Notes under the pieces: model-generated
What the model was told of the DNA's origin: nothing
What the model saw: only the letters and a program-made list of their open reading frames with translations
Databases searched by the model: none
Shown: one piece after another, positions 19,519-30,657 of the stretch
Layout of the letters: every line of letters begins with the position of its first letter
Position numbering within the stretch: the first letter of the stretch is position 1
IMG/VR virus record: IMGVR_UViG_3300021399_000139
Source of the DNA: an uncultured virus (IMG/VR IMGVR_UViG_3300021399_000139)
Taxonomy: Duplodnaviria > Heunggongvirae > Uroviricota > Caudoviricetes
Strand: one strand, 5' to 3'
DNA: 64,000 bases
Translations under genes and position numbers: made by a program

Positions 19519-20244
19519 CTAGGCTTGGCATTTTATGATCGATTTGTCTTTAATACTCCATGGGTAGTTTTCCATCGCTTTGACTTCCTTAAGCGTCTTG
19601 CCTTTGAAGACCAGCGACTTTAAGTTGTTGCAACGCAAGAATGCATAATCCCCAACGCTCGTCACACCATTTGGGATTGTCATGTTCATAAGACTTTTGC
19701 AATACTGGAATGCGCAATATCCAATGCTCCTCGCGCTGGCAGGTATTGTCACACTTGTAAGACTGCCACAGCTAGAGAACGTCCCATCTCCAATGCTCGT
19801 CACACCACTGTTAATTGTCACACTTGTAAGTCCTATACAACTATCAAACACCCAATCCCCAATACTCGTCACACTCGCAGGAATCGTCACGTTTGTAAGA
19901 CCTCTACAACTAGAGAATGCACTTTCCCCAATGCTCGTAACGCTGTTCGGTATAGTCACGCTCGTAAGACCGCTGCAGTCGTGGAACGCCCAATCCCCAA
20001 TACTCGTCACCGAGCTAGGCACAATAATTTTTATTAAATCTTTATTTTTGGAAAATATTTTATTAAAATTGATTAAACTATGTATGTCTTTTTCTTTACC
20101 ATTTTTGTCAAACAAATAGCAATATCCATCATTAGAATCAACAAATAACCAATCATCATTGCATTTTTTTGCATTGGTTTTTAAGATATCATCTAAATCT
20201 CCAATGTCAAGCAAAATCTTAAACTCGTAAATACTTAAGTTCAT
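19519..20244 (-). CDS. BspA-type leucine-rich repeat (LRR_5) protein
   Basis: Repeats of LTSVTIPxSVTSIGxxAFxxC. Confidence 0.9.
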   Translation of the reverse strand: MNLSIYEFKILLDIGDLDDILKTNAKKCNDDWLFVDSNDGYCYLFDKNGKEKDIHSLINFNKIFSKNKDLIKIIVPSSVTSIGDWAFHDCSGLTSVTIPNSVTSIGESAFSSCRGLTNVTIPASVTSIGDWVFDSCIGLTSVTINSGVTSIGDGTFSSCGSLTSVTIPASARSIGYCAFQYCKSLMNMTIPNGVTSVGDYAFLRCNNLKSLVFKGKTLKEVKAMENYPWSIKDKSIIKCQA

Positions 20245-20357
20245 TGATTGTTGATTTTCGCGTTTATTTTAATGATAGCAGCATTATATCAAAAAACCTA
20301 GAGTCTGTTAACTCTAGGCTTCTTGTTAGTGAGAAATATCAGAGAACAAAAGTCTTC

Positions 20358-20687
20358 TCACCAATCAATTATCTCATTCTTGCTCGAATACTTCAGCATC
20401 TGTGTCACAACAGATGTCACAAACAGCATTTGGTCTTTTGATTTTTTGCATGCTGTTAGATTGCAGCAGTACTTTTCATCAAATGCTTTTTCATCTAAAC
20501 CTAGTATTTTGTCATAGATGAAGTCTGAGACTTTTATCTTATGTGTTATGTCATCAAAAAACTTGTCTTTAAGATACTTGAAGAACTCACGTCCTAGATC
20601 TTTTGAATCATCAAACTCATCACAAAATTCTTCATATATGAATTCTGAAAGATCTAAGAGCTTATGCATCAACTTTGGCCGCATCAT
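20358..20687 (-). CDS. Hypothetical protein
   Basis: 109 aa ORF. Confidence 0.6.
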   Translation of the reverse strand: MMRPKLMHKLLDLSEFIYEEFCDEFDDSKDLGREFFKYLKDKFFDDITHKIKVSDFIYDKILGLDEKAFDEKYCCNLTACKKSKDQMLFVTSVVTQMLKYSSKNEIIDW

Positions 20688-20711
20688 AATAATATGGTAC
20701 TATGGTAGGCA

Positions 20712-21086
20712 TTAGTTTTTTTCATCTGTCTTCTTTTCATCCTTTGACGAGTTAACATCATCATTGGACTTTGATATATCTGACTTTTTCGCATTTGGAT
20801 TGACTATACTGTTTTTGTAGACTTTCTACAGTAGATAGTCTTTAAATGATCGAATAGCTTTTTTGCCAGCATCATAGTATATGACAAGGTCATCTGGTCT
20901 TTTTCTAGGTCTACCACGTTTTCTTTGAGCCTCTGGCGGAATCAAGTCTCTTTTCAATGTGCCTTTAGCACGTCTTATTTTGCCAGTAGACTTCTTCTTG
21001 AATATGAATTCAACAATGCCTTTCTTCATAAGTTCAACAAGCCTTTTGGCTTTGCTGTTCATCTCATTCAATTCTTTTAAGTTCAT
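20712..21086 (-). CDS. DUF2693/WYL-like SH3-fold protein, 124 aa with one TAG read through
   Basis: VEFIFKKKSTGKIRRAKGTL...YYDAGKKAIRSFK; frame stays open past TAG 20826 to TAA 20712; GTAAATA at 21117-21123. Confidence 0.7.
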
Positions 21087-21131
21087 ATCCTATAGACTAT
21101 TGGCCATACTATTTTATATTTACTTACCCTA

Positions 21132-21159
21132 AAAAAGCCGCTTCAAAAGAAGCGGCTTT
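21132..21159 (-). terminator. Intrinsic terminator
   Basis: AAAGCCGCTTC/GAAGCGGCTTT hairpin followed by a T tract. Confidence 0.8.
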
Positions 21160-21180
21160 GCTTGTCAACTAACCGTAGGA

Positions 21181-21942
21181 TCAATCGTCATTAGGCTCAA
21201 AATCTTCTCCAAACTGGCTGAAGAACTCTTCACGATGGCCAATAAGCTCTTCATCCTGTTCATCACGGCTGTCAGGAATAGACATATCGTCATTGTCATC
21301 GTCATCATCGTCATTGCCATCGTCATTCTCGCTGTCATCATCGATGTCAATGTTTGCAATTTCTCCAGCATCATTCACCTGGCCATTTTGTCCATATAGA
21401 TCACCAACAGGCACAGTCTCAACTGACTGAGACTCATCTTCATTTGCATCAGAAGAATCATCAACCTCAGCCACTTCAGCATCAACAACAGCATCTGCAG
21501 TCTTGACGTCATTGACATTGCCAGTAGTATTGACAACATCATCTACCTTGCTCTTCTTAGTCTTCTCAGGATAGAAGCGGACAACAACATTGCCATCAAC
21601 AGACTCAACATCATATCCCATCCAATAGATTGCCTTAGCCTTCTTGGCACGCTTTTCCTTAGGAAGCTGCGCCATCTGAATGGCAATCTGTTTCAAAGCT
21701 GCCTTGATGTTCTTAGCAGCTTCCTTAATGTCAATCTCTGGCTTAGCAGCAGTCTTGTCTACTACAGCAGTGGTCTTAGCCTTCTTCATCGTCTTAGCCT
21801 TCTCCTTAGCAAGACGCTTCTTTTCCTTGGGAGCGGCCTTCTTAGCCTTCTCCTTCTCAAGCTTTGCAAGCTTCTTGGCCTTCTTAGCCTTTGCTGCAGC
21901 CTTCTTAATAGCAATTTTGTCATTGTCAATAGTCTTAGCCAT
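21181..21942 (-). CDS. Lys/Ala-rich N-terminus, acidic C-terminus (histone-like/disordered)
   Basis: Amino acid composition. Confidence 0.75.
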   Translation of the reverse strand: MAKTIDNDKIAIKKAAAKAKKAKKLAKLEKEKAKKAAPKEKKRLAKEKAKTMKKAKTTAVVDKTAAKPEIDIKEAAKNIKAALKQIAIQMAQLPKEKRAKKAKAIYWMGYDVESVDGNVVVRFYPEKTKKSKVDDVVNTTGNVNDVKTADAVVDAEVAEVDDSSDANEDESQSVETVPVGDLYGQNGQVNDAGEIANIDIDDDSENDDGNDDDDDDNDDMSIPDSRDEQDEELIGHREEFFSQFGEDFEPNDD

Positions 21943-22038
21943 TTTTGTTTTCCTTTTGGTTAGTTGTTTGTGTTTTTAGTTTTATTGATGATTAAATTAT
22001 ATCAATTTCTAGAGATATTGTTAACCTTTGTCTATGGA

Positions 22039-22413
22039 TCAGCCAGCAATTTCCCATCCAGTCTGCTTAAGCATTTCAAGCAGTTCAGCAAGCTGCGCCG
22101 CGTCAAAGTTGTACTCAGTGATGTCAACATTCACATGCGTCTGCGAATTGTAGAGCGACATAGAGCCAGGCTTAAGCGTCCTAAACTTGTAGTTAGGGTT
22201 GTTAGGGTTAGAGATAGTGTCAAACTCAATAGCTGCATTGCTATCTCCACTCCTACAAGTAGTAGGAGCATCTCCATACTTCTTAGGGTCACGAGCACAG
22301 ATAGTCACGCCTCCATTGAATCGAAGGTTACGAACACGCTGAGGGTTACCGCCAAGCTCTTCAATCTTAGAAGCAATGGTCTTAGCAACGGTCTGGTACT
22401 GTTTGATTGTCAT
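22039..22413 (-). CDS. Hypothetical protein
   Basis: Follows an early cassette. Confidence 0.75.
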   Translation of the reverse strand: MTIKQYQTVAKTIASKIEELGGNPQRVRNLRFNGGVTICARDPKKYGDAPTTCRSGDSNAAIEFDTISNPNNPNYKFRTLKPGSMSLYNSQTHVNVDITEYNFDAAQLAELLEMLKQTGWEIAG

Positions 22414-22512
22414 TTTAGTTTTTCCTTTAGGTTAGGTGTTTGTGTTTTAGTTTTGTTGACAGGCGAAATTATATCAAATTCTCTAGGTTTTGTTAACTTT
22501 AATAGTAGTAGT

Positions 22513-23187
22513 TCAATTGAGGATGTTGTTTAATTTGCTTGTCCATAGATGCTTCTGTTCAGCAGGCACGAAAATTGTTGTAATACGGCAGCCAGCTGAA
22601 TTCCAGGTGTCAAGAATCTTCTTGCTCTTCATGTCAATTGCAGCAACATGATGGGCACTCATTGCAGCAATAATGCCATCATTGATGCCACTGTCTTTGA
22701 ATTTTCGAATGAACACTTTTGCTGTAATGCGCCTTGGAAGATCTAGCTCACAGAAATTACGCTTAAGCAAGCACTGCTTCCAAACTCTAGGAGAACGCCA
22801 TGTCACAGGTCCATAGTAGTTAGACTTCACCTCAGCAAGAATCTTAAACTGCTCCTTTTGAATAGTCTCATAGTCTATTCCAGTGCAGAAGCTGATGCAA
22901 CGTGTTGTGCAGTCACCATGGTGGTTGCCATTTCCACGGTTGTCAATGATGCTTATCATGTCATGAGAATCATCATTGCGAATCTTGTACTTTGGCACAG
23001 TGCAGTCAAGACTATAGTCAAATACTCTACGCCTTAGAATCTTATATCCAGATTCACAGATCTCTTTCCAGCACGCACAAAACTTAGCTTTAAGCTCTTC
23101 TCTGTCTTTGGTAGATTTTGCATTCCAAATGTCAATGTTCAGCTTTTCAAGACTTTTGCACTTGTCATTAGCTTCATCAATAGTCAT
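22513..23187 (-). CDS. Phage hypothetical protein (GDCxxRxI family)
   Basis: GDCTTRCIS...HHVAAID...DTWNS. Confidence 0.7.
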   Translation of the reverse strand: MTIDEANDKCKSLEKLNIDIWNAKSTKDREELKAKFCACWKEICESGYKILRRRVFDYSLDCTVPKYKIRNDDSHDMISIIDNRGNGNHHGDCTTRCISFCTGIDYETIQKEQFKILAEVKSNYYGPVTWRSPRVWKQCLLKRNFCELDLPRRITAKVFIRKFKDSGINDGIIAAMSAHHVAAIDMKSKKILDTWNSAGCRITTIFVPAEQKHLWTSKLNNILN

Positions 23188-23517
23188 TAGCTTCTCCTTT
23201 AGGTTTTGTTGACAGCAAAATTATATCAAATGCTCTAGGCTTTGTTAACCCATCTTGCATCAGTCAAATGGATCGAATGTTTCATCCGTTTTGTCTATAA
23301 GCCAAGAAACAAAGTCAATTGCTAGAAGACACATTGCAACTAAAATGACAACAATAAGTGCTACTATTCCAATTGACAGTAGAATTCCCATAATATCTCC
23401 TTTCAAATAGAAGTAATTGATGTCTAATATATCAAAAATTTTTTGCTTTGTTAACTTATATAAGCAAGGCCAGCAGTATTATGCTGGCCTTGTTCTACTT
23501 GCTTACGAATCTAGTTA

Positions 23518-25080
23518 TTAGACTGTGTAAGTCACTGTGTAGTCATCTTTTGGATTCATGCCAAATGTCAAGTCCAAAGGAATTCCTAGTTTGTTCAAAA
23601 CGTCAATTCCTTCAGCATTGCCAGTGTTTATGATCTCGAAATATGATGGAACAGCTATTTGAATTTCGCCACTGAATGGTCCCGCATTGACATACTTGTT
23701 GCGCATGACCATTGTGCCAACTTTGTATTTTCTGTTAGGGAAGAACAAGTCTTTGAATGGGAAGTTTGATGGACCACATCTCCAACCAGGCATCTTGCCT
23801 TTAGCTTTAGGGTCGAGCTGCTCAACAGAGTACCAACCAATGCTTGCACCACGAGGAGCTTTTCCACTTAGCTTTGAATATGAACGGCCAGTGCCACCAT
23901 AGCCGCCACCATACCATCCACGGCCTTCATTCACATCTTGCTTCTCTTTCTCAGACAACATAACAGCTTTCTCTTTCTCATAAGCGGCTAGACTTGCATC
24001 TGTGCCATCCATCAAGAAGAATGTTCCATTAGTTGGATATCCTTCTGGTCTGACATATTTTATTTTACTGAAGTCAACTACTTTTCCATTGACTATTCCT
24101 GCAATGTTGTCTAGAAGCCAAGCATCACTGTTGTTCTTGTAAGTGCTTTGTCCAAGCTTCTACAAGTCAGCTATAGTCATGAAGTCTTCAATTAGACTGT
24201 CTGCACCTAGCTCAATGTCTTCTTCTAGCATAGTCTGTGCTTTCATGTTTTGATATAGCTCCCATGCAGTTGAGCCATCTACTACTTCATCTTTTCCTGT
24301 AGGACTGCAGCCTGCTTTGAACAAGAATTGGTCCATCTGAGGTGCAAACTATTCGAGACGCTGCTCATCATCTTCAATAGGATAGCCATTTTTGTTGAAC
24401 CAGTCTGCTGCTTCTTGCCATTTTTCTATAGTGACTTCAGTTGACTCGTCTATCTACTTGCTAGTAGTGTCAATTGTGGCAATGCCACCTTTAGAGTCAA
24501 CATTGATTAGAATCATCTCTTTTTTGTCTACTCTAAGCACCAACTTGTCATCAAGCTTAGTCTTTCTTCTCAAAAGTTCAATGAAGTCTCCAACAGTCAC
24601 AACATTTTCTGGAGTCTCTATAGACTCATCAACTGCAGTGCCGTCATCTTTCTCAAAGAAGAACTATTCATTCTTGAACAATGCTTTGTCATCAATAGAC
24701 TCACCTTCATCTAGATTGTTTAGCATTCTACCAAGATCATATCCATTTCGTGCAAGCTTCAACAACTAGGCCTATGTGAATCCAAAATCTTTCTTGAATA
24801 GTTTCTCCCATTCTGCTATAGTCTTGCCCTAGTGAATGACAGCACCTATTGAATTGTCTTCATCTTCATGGACATATGGAAGTTTGGCGTTTGCAAGCTG
24901 ATCTTTTCTAGTCTACTCAACGTCGCTTAGAATCTTGCCATTTATCAAGACTTCTGCCTAGTATTCTCCATTAGCATTTGTCTAGTCTGCGTCATGAACA
25001 GCTTTAGTTATGTCATAGTATCTTTGCCTATCTACCATTTTGCCATCGTGGTCAAAGACAACAAGTTCAATTTTTACCAT
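23518..25080 (-). CDS. 520 aa TAG-recoded acidic protein, probable virion/internal protein
   Basis: About 10 in-frame TAGs and no TAA/TGA from ATG 25080 to TAA 23518; GTAAATA at 25112-25118. Confidence 0.8.
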
Positions 25081-25119
25081 TGCAAATATCCTTTTTGTTA
25101 ATTCTTAATCTTATTTACC

Positions 25120-26523
25120 TCACTCATAGTCATTGTCTGAATGCTTAAGGTGGATCTTTTGGCCCCAATCGCAGAAGTCTTCAGTGCCATCCTTTGTGAT
25201 GACCCAAAGAACAGGAACACCCAAAGGGTTTTTCTTAGGAGCATTGCCATATCCATCAGTCAAATATATGAACACATCACAGCTGATGTTGTTGTCAAGC
25301 ACGTAGTCAAATGCAGGGACAAAAGATGTTCCACCACCTCCTGCCATCTCAAAACCATCATTGTCAATGTCAAGAGGGTCATCTTGTGTATATGTGCTGC
25401 AAGAAGCTACTTCGGCATCTGCACATATTACTGTGAGTTCATACATGCCAAATGAATTTATTAGGCTATTGAGTTCGCCAAGAAACACTGTTCTATCGCT
25501 AGAAGTGCTTCCTGAAGTGTCAATGGCAAGAACTGCCTTAAGGCGCTGAGCCTGCCTGCTTTGGATGTAAAGCCCATTGTGGACATGCCTACGGTTTGGT
25601 GGAATCCATGAACGAGTGCCAGAATTATAGCACCGAGTTACGAACTGGGCTAGAATTTCCTGCCATTTCAGCTGAGGTGTCGTGCACTTCTTGACAAGTT
25701 CTTTTATGTTGCTAGGCAGATTGCCTTTAATCTTCTCGCAGCGCTGAGCTTCGGCAATGATAGTCTCACGCATTTTGTCAGCGAAGTCTTTGGAAATCTT
25801 AGGCTGGTAGTCAGAGTCAAAGCCTATCTTGCCATACTTGTCAGTCATTTCGCCATAGGCACTGCCATCAGCGTCTCCTTTGTCTCCATTACTAGATGCG
25901 GTGCTTTGGCCACCTTTTTGGCTACCCTTTTCGCCATCATAGATGTGCTTGTCAAACTGGCCAGTCAATTCTCCATTTTCATTGCCATTTGACTTGTTCT
26001 GCTTAGAACTAGATGAGCTAGAACCGCTGCCATTTGACATATTCGCATTGCTCTGCTTCTTGTTCTTCTTGTTCTTCAGAAGCATTTCATATATCTCTTC
26101 AGCACATTTTCCTTCTTCTTCTTTAGTAGGAAAGCAGAGGTTTTCAGGAGGGATGAAGCCATCTTTCTTGAGAAGAGCATTGACTTCTTTGTCTGTGGCA
26201 ATGTTGAAGAGTTCTGGATCACGATTCTGCCTGCGGATAAGATGCATCAACACAGCATGCCAAATCTCATGAGCTAGAACAAACTTCTGCTGCTCACGAG
26301 AAAGAGAAGACAGAAATGCAATGTCAAAGAACACTGAGTTGCCATCAGTGCAAGCTGTACGCACTCGAACATCTCGTATAGGCCGCATCTCCATTCTAAG
26401 TGCAATAGAGCCAATGAATGGATATTTAGCAAGTAGATCTCGACGGCAGACAGACAATATCTCCGAAGCCTTCTTCTTAAGGGTCTTTGTCTCTTCGTCT
26501 GTGAGTTCTTTTGCATTAAACAT
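25120..26523 (-). CDS. DUF2201-type metallopeptidase-like + vWA domain protein
   Basis: HEIWH motif; IDTSGS MIDAS; GGGGTSF; YLTDGY. Confidence 0.85.
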   Translation of the reverse strand: MFNAKELTDEETKTLKKKASEILSVCRRDLLAKYPFIGSIALRMEMRPIRDVRVRTACTDGNSVFFDIAFLSSLSREQQKFVLAHEIWHAVLMHLIRRQNRDPELFNIATDKEVNALLKKDGFIPPENLCFPTKEEEGKCAEEIYEMLLKNKKNKKQSNANMSNGSGSSSSSSKQNKSNGNENGELTGQFDKHIYDGEKGSQKGGQSTASSNGDKGDADGSAYGEMTDKYGKIGFDSDYQPKISKDFADKMRETIIAEAQRCEKIKGNLPSNIKELVKKCTTPQLKWQEILAQFVTRCYNSGTRSWIPPNRRHVHNGLYIQSRQAQRLKAVLAIDTSGSTSSDRTVFLGELNSLINSFGMYELTVICADAEVASCSTYTQDDPLDIDNDGFEMAGGGGTSFVPAFDYVLDNNISCDVFIYLTDGYGNAPKKNPLGVPVLWVITKDGTEDFCDWGQKIHLKHSDNDYE

Positions 26524-26605
26524 ATAATAGATCTCCTTTAGCTATTAGTTGGTTTGCATCAAGAATTATATCAAAAAGACTAGAATATGTTAACTCTAGA
26601 CGGCA

Positions 26606-26637
26606 AGCATGGCTAGTGGTCGACCACTAGCCATGCT
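26606..26637 (-). terminator. Perfect palindromic hairpin / terminator
   Basis: AGCATGGCTAGTGG-TCGA-CCACTAGCCATGCT. Confidence 0.65.
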
Positions 26638-26653
26638 TTGGCTACAAGATGTG

Positions 26654-27796
26654 TTAGATCTTCTTGTGCTTTGAGATCAGCGTATTGTAGCGGTCTAGGC
26701 ACTTACGGTAGAGCGGATGGTTGTAGATCTTCTTAGAGTACATCCTATTGTCATCAGAATTAAGGCCATACATAGCACTCTGTATGCACATCATCACAAA
26801 CTCAGGTGGCATTTCAGTAAGGATAGTGAAGAAGCCATTGAGACGCCGATTCTCATCATTTTCATCCTTTCCTCTCCAAAGCATGTAGATAAGCGAAGAG
26901 CACATAGCATAGAGCTGGTCATTCTTCTCAGGAATCTTCACAGGAATCTTTCCATACATCATGTCAAGAATACTGTCAAAGTTCTTGTTGAGGCGGTGGA
27001 ATTCCATAAACTCAACGCCCTTTGCCGGACCAACAAGTCCATATGTGATCTTACGGAGAAGCTGCTCATTGTTTCCATATATCTTGCACATCTGAGACAC
27101 ACGGTCCCAAGAACGAGGGCTTGGCCAACCACGCTCAAGGTTCTCCTTCTCCATGTTGAAGAGATTTTCAGGACGATACTGGATGAAGCCAGTGACAGAA
27201 GGATGGATGTTGTTTGTGATAGCCCACTTGATCCACTGTTCAGAGTCAGCCTCAAGCTCAACATGGAGAAAGCGGTTAGACAGTGCCGAAGACATTGTCA
27301 TTGCAACAGCACGGTCAGTTGTGAGGTTGCCAGCTGACACAATGTACCACCCACTGGGCACTTTGTAGAAGTCACCAATTTTACGGTCAAGAATGAGCTC
27401 ATATGCAGCAACCTGGCAAGACTTGTCGCAAGATGTGATCTCGTCAAGGAAGATGATTCCCTTAGACTTAGGGTCACGCGGCCAAAAGTCAGGAGCATTC
27501 CACTTCATGACGCCTTTGTCCTTGTCGACAGAAGGAAGACCACGGATGTCAACAGACTCCATCTCAGCAAGACGCACATCAACAAAGCCAATGTCAAGCT
27601 TTTCTGCTACACGCCGCACGATAGAAGACTTGCCAATGCCAGGAGATGAGTGGATAAGAATAGGCGGAATAGTCATAGCCAATTCAGGGTTTTCGATGAT
27701 GAGCTGGCAGTTTGTGCGAAGAATCTCTTCAAGCTCATCCATAGTCATGCGGTTGTGTGTATCAATCGCTGTTGCATCGTCATTTCTTGTAGCCAT
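26654..27796 (-). CDS. MoxR-like AAA+ ATPase
   Basis: SPGIGKS Walker A, IIFLDE Walker B, ALSNRF, SPRSW. Confidence 0.88.
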   Translation of the reverse strand: MATRNDDATAIDTHNRMTMDELEEILRTNCQLIIENPELAMTIPPILIHSSPGIGKSSIVRRVAEKLDIGFVDVRLAEMESVDIRGLPSVDKDKGVMKWNAPDFWPRDPKSKGIIFLDEITSCDKSCQVAAYELILDRKIGDFYKVPSGWYIVSAGNLTTDRAVAMTMSSALSNRFLHVELEADSEQWIKWAITNNIHPSVTGFIQYRPENLFNMEKENLERGWPSPRSWDRVSQMCKIYGNNEQLLRKITYGLVGPAKGVEFMEFHRLNKNFDSILDMMYGKIPVKIPEKNDQLYAMCSSLIYMLWRGKDENDENRRLNGFFTILTEMPPEFVMMCIQSAMYGLNSDDNRMYSKKIYNHPLYRKCLDRYNTLISKHKKI

Positions 27797-27951
27797 TTTG
27801 TTATCCTTTGTTTGTTGATTGTTTACGCTGCTAATTATATCAAAATTTCTAGATTTTGTTAATTGTACCGACGGTTACGTTGAATAATTGTGTCGATGTA
27901 GATATAGACAGTCACTGTAGTGGAATAGTTCATTTTTCAACTAGCTAAGCA

Positions 27952-28236
27952 TTAGATTGGCTTTCCATATTCACGATACCGTGGCTCACATACATCAGAC
28001 AAATTCTTTATTCCATACCGATCACGAAGAAGTCTACGAATTTTGTCTAGAACTCTTCGTTCAAACTTCAGCATTCCCATGCACGTCATCGGTCGTTTCT
28101 CAGTCTTTGGATCCCAAATTGCAACTGCTGTCTCTTCAAGAGTAAGTGTCTTGCCTTCTGCGCGCTTTGCAAGCGCGTCGTGCTTCATCCGGATCCAATG
28201 CTGCCTGTCTTTTGTCTTTCTACTTTCATATGCCAT
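27952..28236 (-). CDS. Small protein with sigma region-4-like HTH
   Basis: TLEETAVAI...FERRVLDKIRR. Confidence 0.5.
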   Translation of the reverse strand: MAYESRKTKDRQHWIRMKHDALAKRAEGKTLTLEETAVAIWDPKTEKRPMTCMGMLKFERRVLDKIRRLLRDRYGIKNLSDVCEPRYREYGKPI

Positions 28237-28238
28237 GT

Positions 28239-28520
28239 CTATACTCCTCTGTTTAGGTCATCTACAACAGCGATGCAGTAGTGTGTGCTTTCAATCTTGA
28301 ACAGGGCCTTGTGCCCATGGATGCTTATTTTGGCACGAAGAAACTCGTTCTCTAAGATTTCAGCGAGCAGCTTGTTTACCCGCTCATTGAACAGTGTAAG
28401 CGCCAAGTCTTTGCTCTCATATTCCCACGACTCGGCCACCATGTCATCAGCATGGTCGAGAGTCTTAGTGCAGACAACTTTGTACATTTGCATTCTCCTT
28501 TGAGTTGGTTTATACTGCAA
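28239..28520 (-). CDS. Hypothetical protein
   Basis: AAGGAG RBS before MQMYK. Confidence 0.65.
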   Translation of the reverse strand: MQYKPTQRRMQMYKVVCTKTLDHADDMVAESWEYESKDLALTLFNERVNKLLAEILENEFLRAKISIHGHKALFKIESTHYCIAVVDDLNRGV

Positions 28521-28585
28521 ATTATATCAAAGCACTTTTTAGTTTGTTAACTTTATCTAGAGAAAAGTATTTTTCTAGAAAAATG

Positions 28586-29749
28586 TCATTCCTTGTATCC
28601 AAGATGCTTCAGCAGCTTGTCAGTTGGACAAGTCATGAAGAAGTCCCTAGCTGACTTGATCTTGCCATCAAGCAAGCCAAATGCAATTCCTGGCATCTTG
28701 AAGTTCTTTGTTATCCAGAGAGCCTTGTCTTTGCGAGTTGGAAGAGAAGCATCGATTTTCAAGTAGTCGCTCCATGCCTTCTCAGTGTCTTCAACAAACT
28801 TCCAGAACCGAGCTTTGCACTCTTCAAGAGCAGGACGGAACTCCTCAAAGTACTCGCATATCTCTTCTATCTCATTTGTGCGGACAAGCTCAATTGCACG
28901 AGCATATGACATCACACCATTTCCTTTGAGATGGTGCGCAGCGACATATGATGGAGACTTCACCTTCACTCTGTTGAACTTGCTGTCGCAGACAACATAG
29001 CCTTCTTCATCCCATGGCATTGCTTTTGTAGCAGCAAGGCACTCGTCAATTGACTTCAGAGGAAAGACCTTTGGAGTGTCAAAGATCTTTGAGAAGACAG
29101 GGTCATCTGTGAAGTAAGTCTCCTCAAAAGTCTCATTGTTGCGCTTTCCAAGGAAGTAGAGCTTGTTCTCTTTGTGAGGCACAACTACACGAGTCCATGG
29201 CGAGCAAAGCTCAAACATGTATGTATAGCCTTCTTCCCAAAGAGCACATAGTCCTTCCTCTTGTAGCTTCTTCTGCCAGCCAGACTTCTCAAGGACTACA
29301 TCAAGCTGCTCAGCGACAATGTCTCCAAAGAATTGGTACTTGCAGCCAATCTGCTCTGCAATAGGTGCCTTAGAAGCAAGAATAGTCCCATTAGTAGAGA
29401 CAAGAAGGTTGTCTCCAACATTCACAATCTTAATCAAACTTCCGTCGATTTTTTCTCCGCAGCGAGCAGTTGACCAGTCAATCTTTGGGCAATAGCTCTC
29501 TCCCCAATTTCCAAATTTTGTAAATGGAAATGAGACAATCTCATTAGTGTCTTCATTGAGAATCAGCCCACGGCACTCACGCACAATAGGAAGACTAAAG
29601 TCCGAATCTATCTGGCTATATTTAAGCATCAAGAGATTCATGCCATTCCACTGCTCTCTTGACATAGTCAAGCAGTAAGGCTTCTCAGACAGCAGCTTCT
29701 CCCAGTCAGAATGCTGCTCTATGAAATACTGTACATTAAGTTTCTTCAT
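28586..29749 (-). CDS. T4 Rnl1-like RNA ligase
   Basis: ECRG, PFTKFGN, EKIDGSLI, FEL, EGYVV, RVKVK motifs. Confidence 0.9.
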   Translation of the reverse strand: MKKLNVQYFIEQHSDWEKLLSEKPYCLTMSREQWNGMNLLMLKYSQIDSDFSLPIVRECRGLILNEDTNEIVSFPFTKFGNWGESYCPKIDWSTARCGEKIDGSLIKIVNVGDNLLVSTNGTILASKAPIAEQIGCKYQFFGDIVAEQLDVVLEKSGWQKKLQEEGLCALWEEGYTYMFELCSPWTRVVVPHKENKLYFLGKRNNETFEETYFTDDPVFSKIFDTPKVFPLKSIDECLAATKAMPWDEEGYVVCDSKFNRVKVKSPSYVAAHHLKGNGVMSYARAIELVRTNEIEEICEYFEEFRPALEECKARFWKFVEDTEKAWSDYLKIDASLPTRKDKALWITKNFKMPGIAFGLLDGKIKSARDFFMTCPTDKLLKHLGYKE

Positions 29750-29781
29750 GCTACAAATTATATCAAATTTCTAGACTGTTG

Positions 29782-30120
29782 TTAACTCTGCTGCTTTAAG
29801 TCTTTCTCGATTTTCAAGATTTCTAGAGACTTTCCATACAGCGGATTTGGTTGTGCATCTCGAGGATATGTGCCATAGCAGATCTCCTTTGCCTTGAACA
29901 ATGTGTCCACTAAGTCATCTAGAGAGTCAAAGTTGATCTTGTACATCTGTTGCTCTCGGTTGACAAATGCATACTGCCATGACTCATAGTCTTTGTTGAG
30001 AGCTTTGTTCAAGATTGTCTTGAATGGAACCATGACAAAACCGCGTGCCATGTTCCGGATGATCATGCTTGGCATTCCATTATAGCTCAATGCCATAAAT
30101 GCATCTGAAATAGGTGTCAT
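29782..30120 (-). CDS. Hypothetical, DL-tag family
   Basis: NPLYGKSLEILKIEKDL. Confidence 0.75.
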   Translation of the reverse strand: MTPISDAFMALSYNGMPSMIIRNMARGFVMVPFKTILNKALNKDYESWQYAFVNREQQMYKINFDSLDDLVDTLFKAKEICYGTYPRDAQPNPLYGKSLEILKIEKDLKQQS

Positions 30121-30398
30121 AGATTGAGATAGTCATGGATCTTTGTGAACACTGGATATTTGGAGTAGATCTTTCTTGGACTAGTCGTGCATTGCGTATC
30201 GCGCTCAATGAGGTCCTTCATGTATGCATTAGCTTCATCAAAAGTCTTGTATGCAATCCGCTGCGAGTTTACTTCAGGACAAGGATGCGTCTTGCATATA
30301 TATCTCCAACCATGCCACCAGTCGCCCATCTGTGGCATGAACCAGACACTGCCATCATCATAGTGCTTCTCTAGAACGCGGTATTTGTGTTTCATCAC
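30117..30398 (-). CDS. Hypothetical protein
   Basis: Coupled ORF. Confidence 0.7.
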   Translation of the reverse strand: MMKHKYRVLEKHYDDGSVWFMPQMGDWWHGWRYICKTHPCPEVNSQRIAYKTFDEANAYMKDLIERDTQCTTSPRKIYSKYPVFTKIHDYLNL

Positions 30399-30403
30399 TT
30401 AGC

Positions 30404-30657
30404 CTCCAATGACAATCTTCCTTGCTTGCTCTTAATAGTCTCCACCGGTGTCACGTCTGCCTGCATCACTTCATCCTAGACAGGGCGACTGCTACGCAAT
30501 ACACTAGAAATAGCACGTGGATTGCAGAGCTCCATGGCAAGCCAGCCTCTATCGTCTTCTCCACTGCACACGATGCAATACCTATCCCTATAAGGGGCAG
30601 TAGCCTGTTTAGTTCTCGTATCATCTCATTCTCCAATGACAATCTTCCTTGCTTGCT
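30404..30657. repeat. 27 bp direct repeat flanking a 200 bp insert
   Basis: CTCCAATGACAATCTTCCTTGCTTGCT at 30404-30430 and 30631-30657. Confidence 0.9.

Noticed and set aside
20752..20780. Antisense early promoter inside the WYL-like gene
   Set aside because: The -10 is TATATC, lacking the conserved final T; likely chance.
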